DNA from: the human T2T-CHM13v2.0 reference genome, Homo sapiens
Length of the DNA: 64,000 nt
Assembly: GCF_009914755.1 (NCBI RefSeq)
Contig: NC_060929.1
Direction: 5' to 3' (one strand)
The notes under the pieces were generated by a model. The model saw only the letters and a list, made by a program, of their open reading frames with translations. It was not told the DNA's origin and made no database searches. Below are positions 62,501-64,000 of the stretch, in pieces. The position numbers and the translations under genes are program-made. Within the stretch, counting starts at the first letter, position 1, and the number at the start of each line of letters is the position of its first letter.

Positions 62501-64000
62501 GACTTGTAACACTCTTTTTGTGGAATTTGCAAGTGGAGATTTCAGCCGCTTTGAAGTCAAATGTAGAAAAGGAAATATCTTCCTATAAAAACTAGACATA
62601 ATGATTCTCAGAAACTCCTTTGTGATGTGTGCGTTCAACTCACAGAGTTTAACCTTTCTTTTCATAGAGCAGTTAGGAAACACTCTGTTTGTAAAGTCTG
62701 CAAGTGGATATTCAGACCTCTTTGAGGCCTTCGTTGGAAACGGGTTTTTTTCATATAAGGCTAGACAGAAGAATTCCCAGTAACTTCCTTGTGTTGTGTG
62801 TGTTCAACTCACAGAGTTGAACTTTCATTTACACAGAGCAGATTTGAAACACTCTTTTTGTGGAATTTGCAAGTGGAGATTTCAAGCGCTTTGAGGCCAA
62901 AGGCAGAAAAGGAAATATCTTCGTATAAAAACTAGACAGAATCATTCTCAGAAACTGCTCTGTGATGTGTGCGTTCAACTCTCAGAGTTTAACTTTTCTT
63001 TTCATTCAGCAGTTTGGAAACACTCTGTTTGTAAAGTCTGCACGTGGATAATTTGACCACTTAGAGGCCTTCGTTGGAAACGGGTTTTTTTCATGTAAGG
63101 CTAGACAGAAGAGTTCTCAGTAACTTCCTTGTGTTGTGTGTATTCAACTCACACAGTTGAACGATCCTTTACAGAGAGCAGACTTGTAACACTCTTTTTG
63201 TGGAATTTGCAAGTGGAGATTTCAGCCGCTTTGAAGTCAAAGTAGAAAAGGAAATATCTTCCTATAAAAACTAGACAGAATGATTCTCAGAAACTCCTTT
63301 GTGATGTGTGCGTTCAACTCACAGAGTTTAACCTTTCTTTTCATAGAGCAGTTAGGAAACACTCTGCTTGTAAAGTCTGCAAGTGGATATTCAGCCCTCT
63401 TTGAGGCCTTCGTTGGAAACGGGTTTTTTTCATATAAGGCTAGACAGAAGAATTCCCAGTAACTTCCTTGTGTTGTGTGTGTTCAACTCACAGAGTTGAA
63501 CTTTCATTTACACAGAGCAGATTTGAAACACTCTTTTTGTGGAATTTGCAGGTGGAGATTTCAAGCGCTTTGAGGCCAAAGGCAGAAAAGGAAATATCTT
63601 CGTATAAAAACTAGACAGAATCATTCTCAGAAACTGCTCTGCGATGTGTGCGTTCAACTCTCAGAGTTTAACTTTTCTTTTCATTCAGCAGTTTGGAAAC
63701 ACTCTGTTTGTAAAGTCTGCACGTGGATAACTTGACCACTTAGAGGCCTTCGTTGGAAACGGGTTTTTTTCATGTAAGGCTAGACAGAAGAATTCTCAGT
63801 AACTTCCTTGTGTTGTGTGTATTCAACTCACAGAGTTGAACGATCCTTTACACAGAGCAGACTTGTAACACTCTTTTTGTGGAATTTGCAAGTGGAGATT
63901 TCAGCCGCTTTGAAGTCAAAGGTAGAAAAGGAAATATCTTCCCATAAAAACTAGACAGAATGATTCTCAGAAACTCCTTTGTGATGTGTGCGTTCAACTC
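47574..64000 (+). repeat. Run of 20-mer HORs (3394, 3398, 3397, 3398 bp, plus a truncated fifth)
   Basis: Marker at 47574, 50968, 54366, 57763 and 61161. The last unit has entered its fourth tetramer at the window end. Confidence 0.92.

Larger units (their letters stand above)
1..64000 (+). repeat. Centromeric alpha-satellite HOR array, dimeric suprachromosomal family 1 (J1/J2) type
   Basis: Continuous ~170-bp tandem monomers alternating between two types (GAATTCYCAGTAACTTCCTTGTGTTGTG... and GAATSATTCTCAGAAACT...CTTCGTTGGAAACGGG). Period is ~340 bp with an EcoRI site per dimer. Runs off both window edges. Confidence 0.99.

Noticed and set aside
90-63462. Numerous 60-105 aa ORFs on both strands (MILRNSF..., MFPNCSM..., MQLASG...)
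   Set aside because: They are translations of satellite monomers recurring at the repeat period, overlap on opposite strands, are broken by random indels and stops, and have no gene context. They were used only as positional markers.
1-64000. CRISPR-like regularly spaced repeats
   Set aside because: There are no unique spacers or cas genes; the intervening sequence is itself tandemly repeated satellite.
1-64000. Transposon insertion, inversion or non-satellite island
   Set aside because: None seen: dimer phase and orientation are maintained throughout, with no poly-A tails or target-site duplications.

Overview
The whole 64 kb window is one uninterrupted, single-orientation primate (most likely human) centromeric alpha-satellite array of about 376 monomers of ~170 bp. 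It has the dimeric suprachromosomal family 1 (J1/J2, ~340-bp EcoRI dimer) organisation, with a CENP-B box in every second monomer. I see no genes, transposons, inversions or non-satellite DNA, and every listed ORF is an artefact of the repeat. The higher-order repeat (HOR) is a constant 4-monomer block plus a variable number n of ~680-bp tetramers, giving 8-, 12-, 16- and 20-mers (n=1-4). 16-mers dominate the left half, 16- and 20-mers alternate at 29-47.5 kb, and only 20-mers occur beyond 47.5 kb. Private SNPs reveal a near-identical ~9.3-kb duplication 20,041 bp apart, an older third copy carrying an extra tetramer, a rearranged zone with chimeric monomers at 11-21 kb, and a CENP-B-box-disrupting variant fixed in all right-hand HORs. 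I found no evidence of a new protein- or RNA-based system. The interest lies in the record of array evolution. All comparisons were made by eye, so mismatch counts are minimums.
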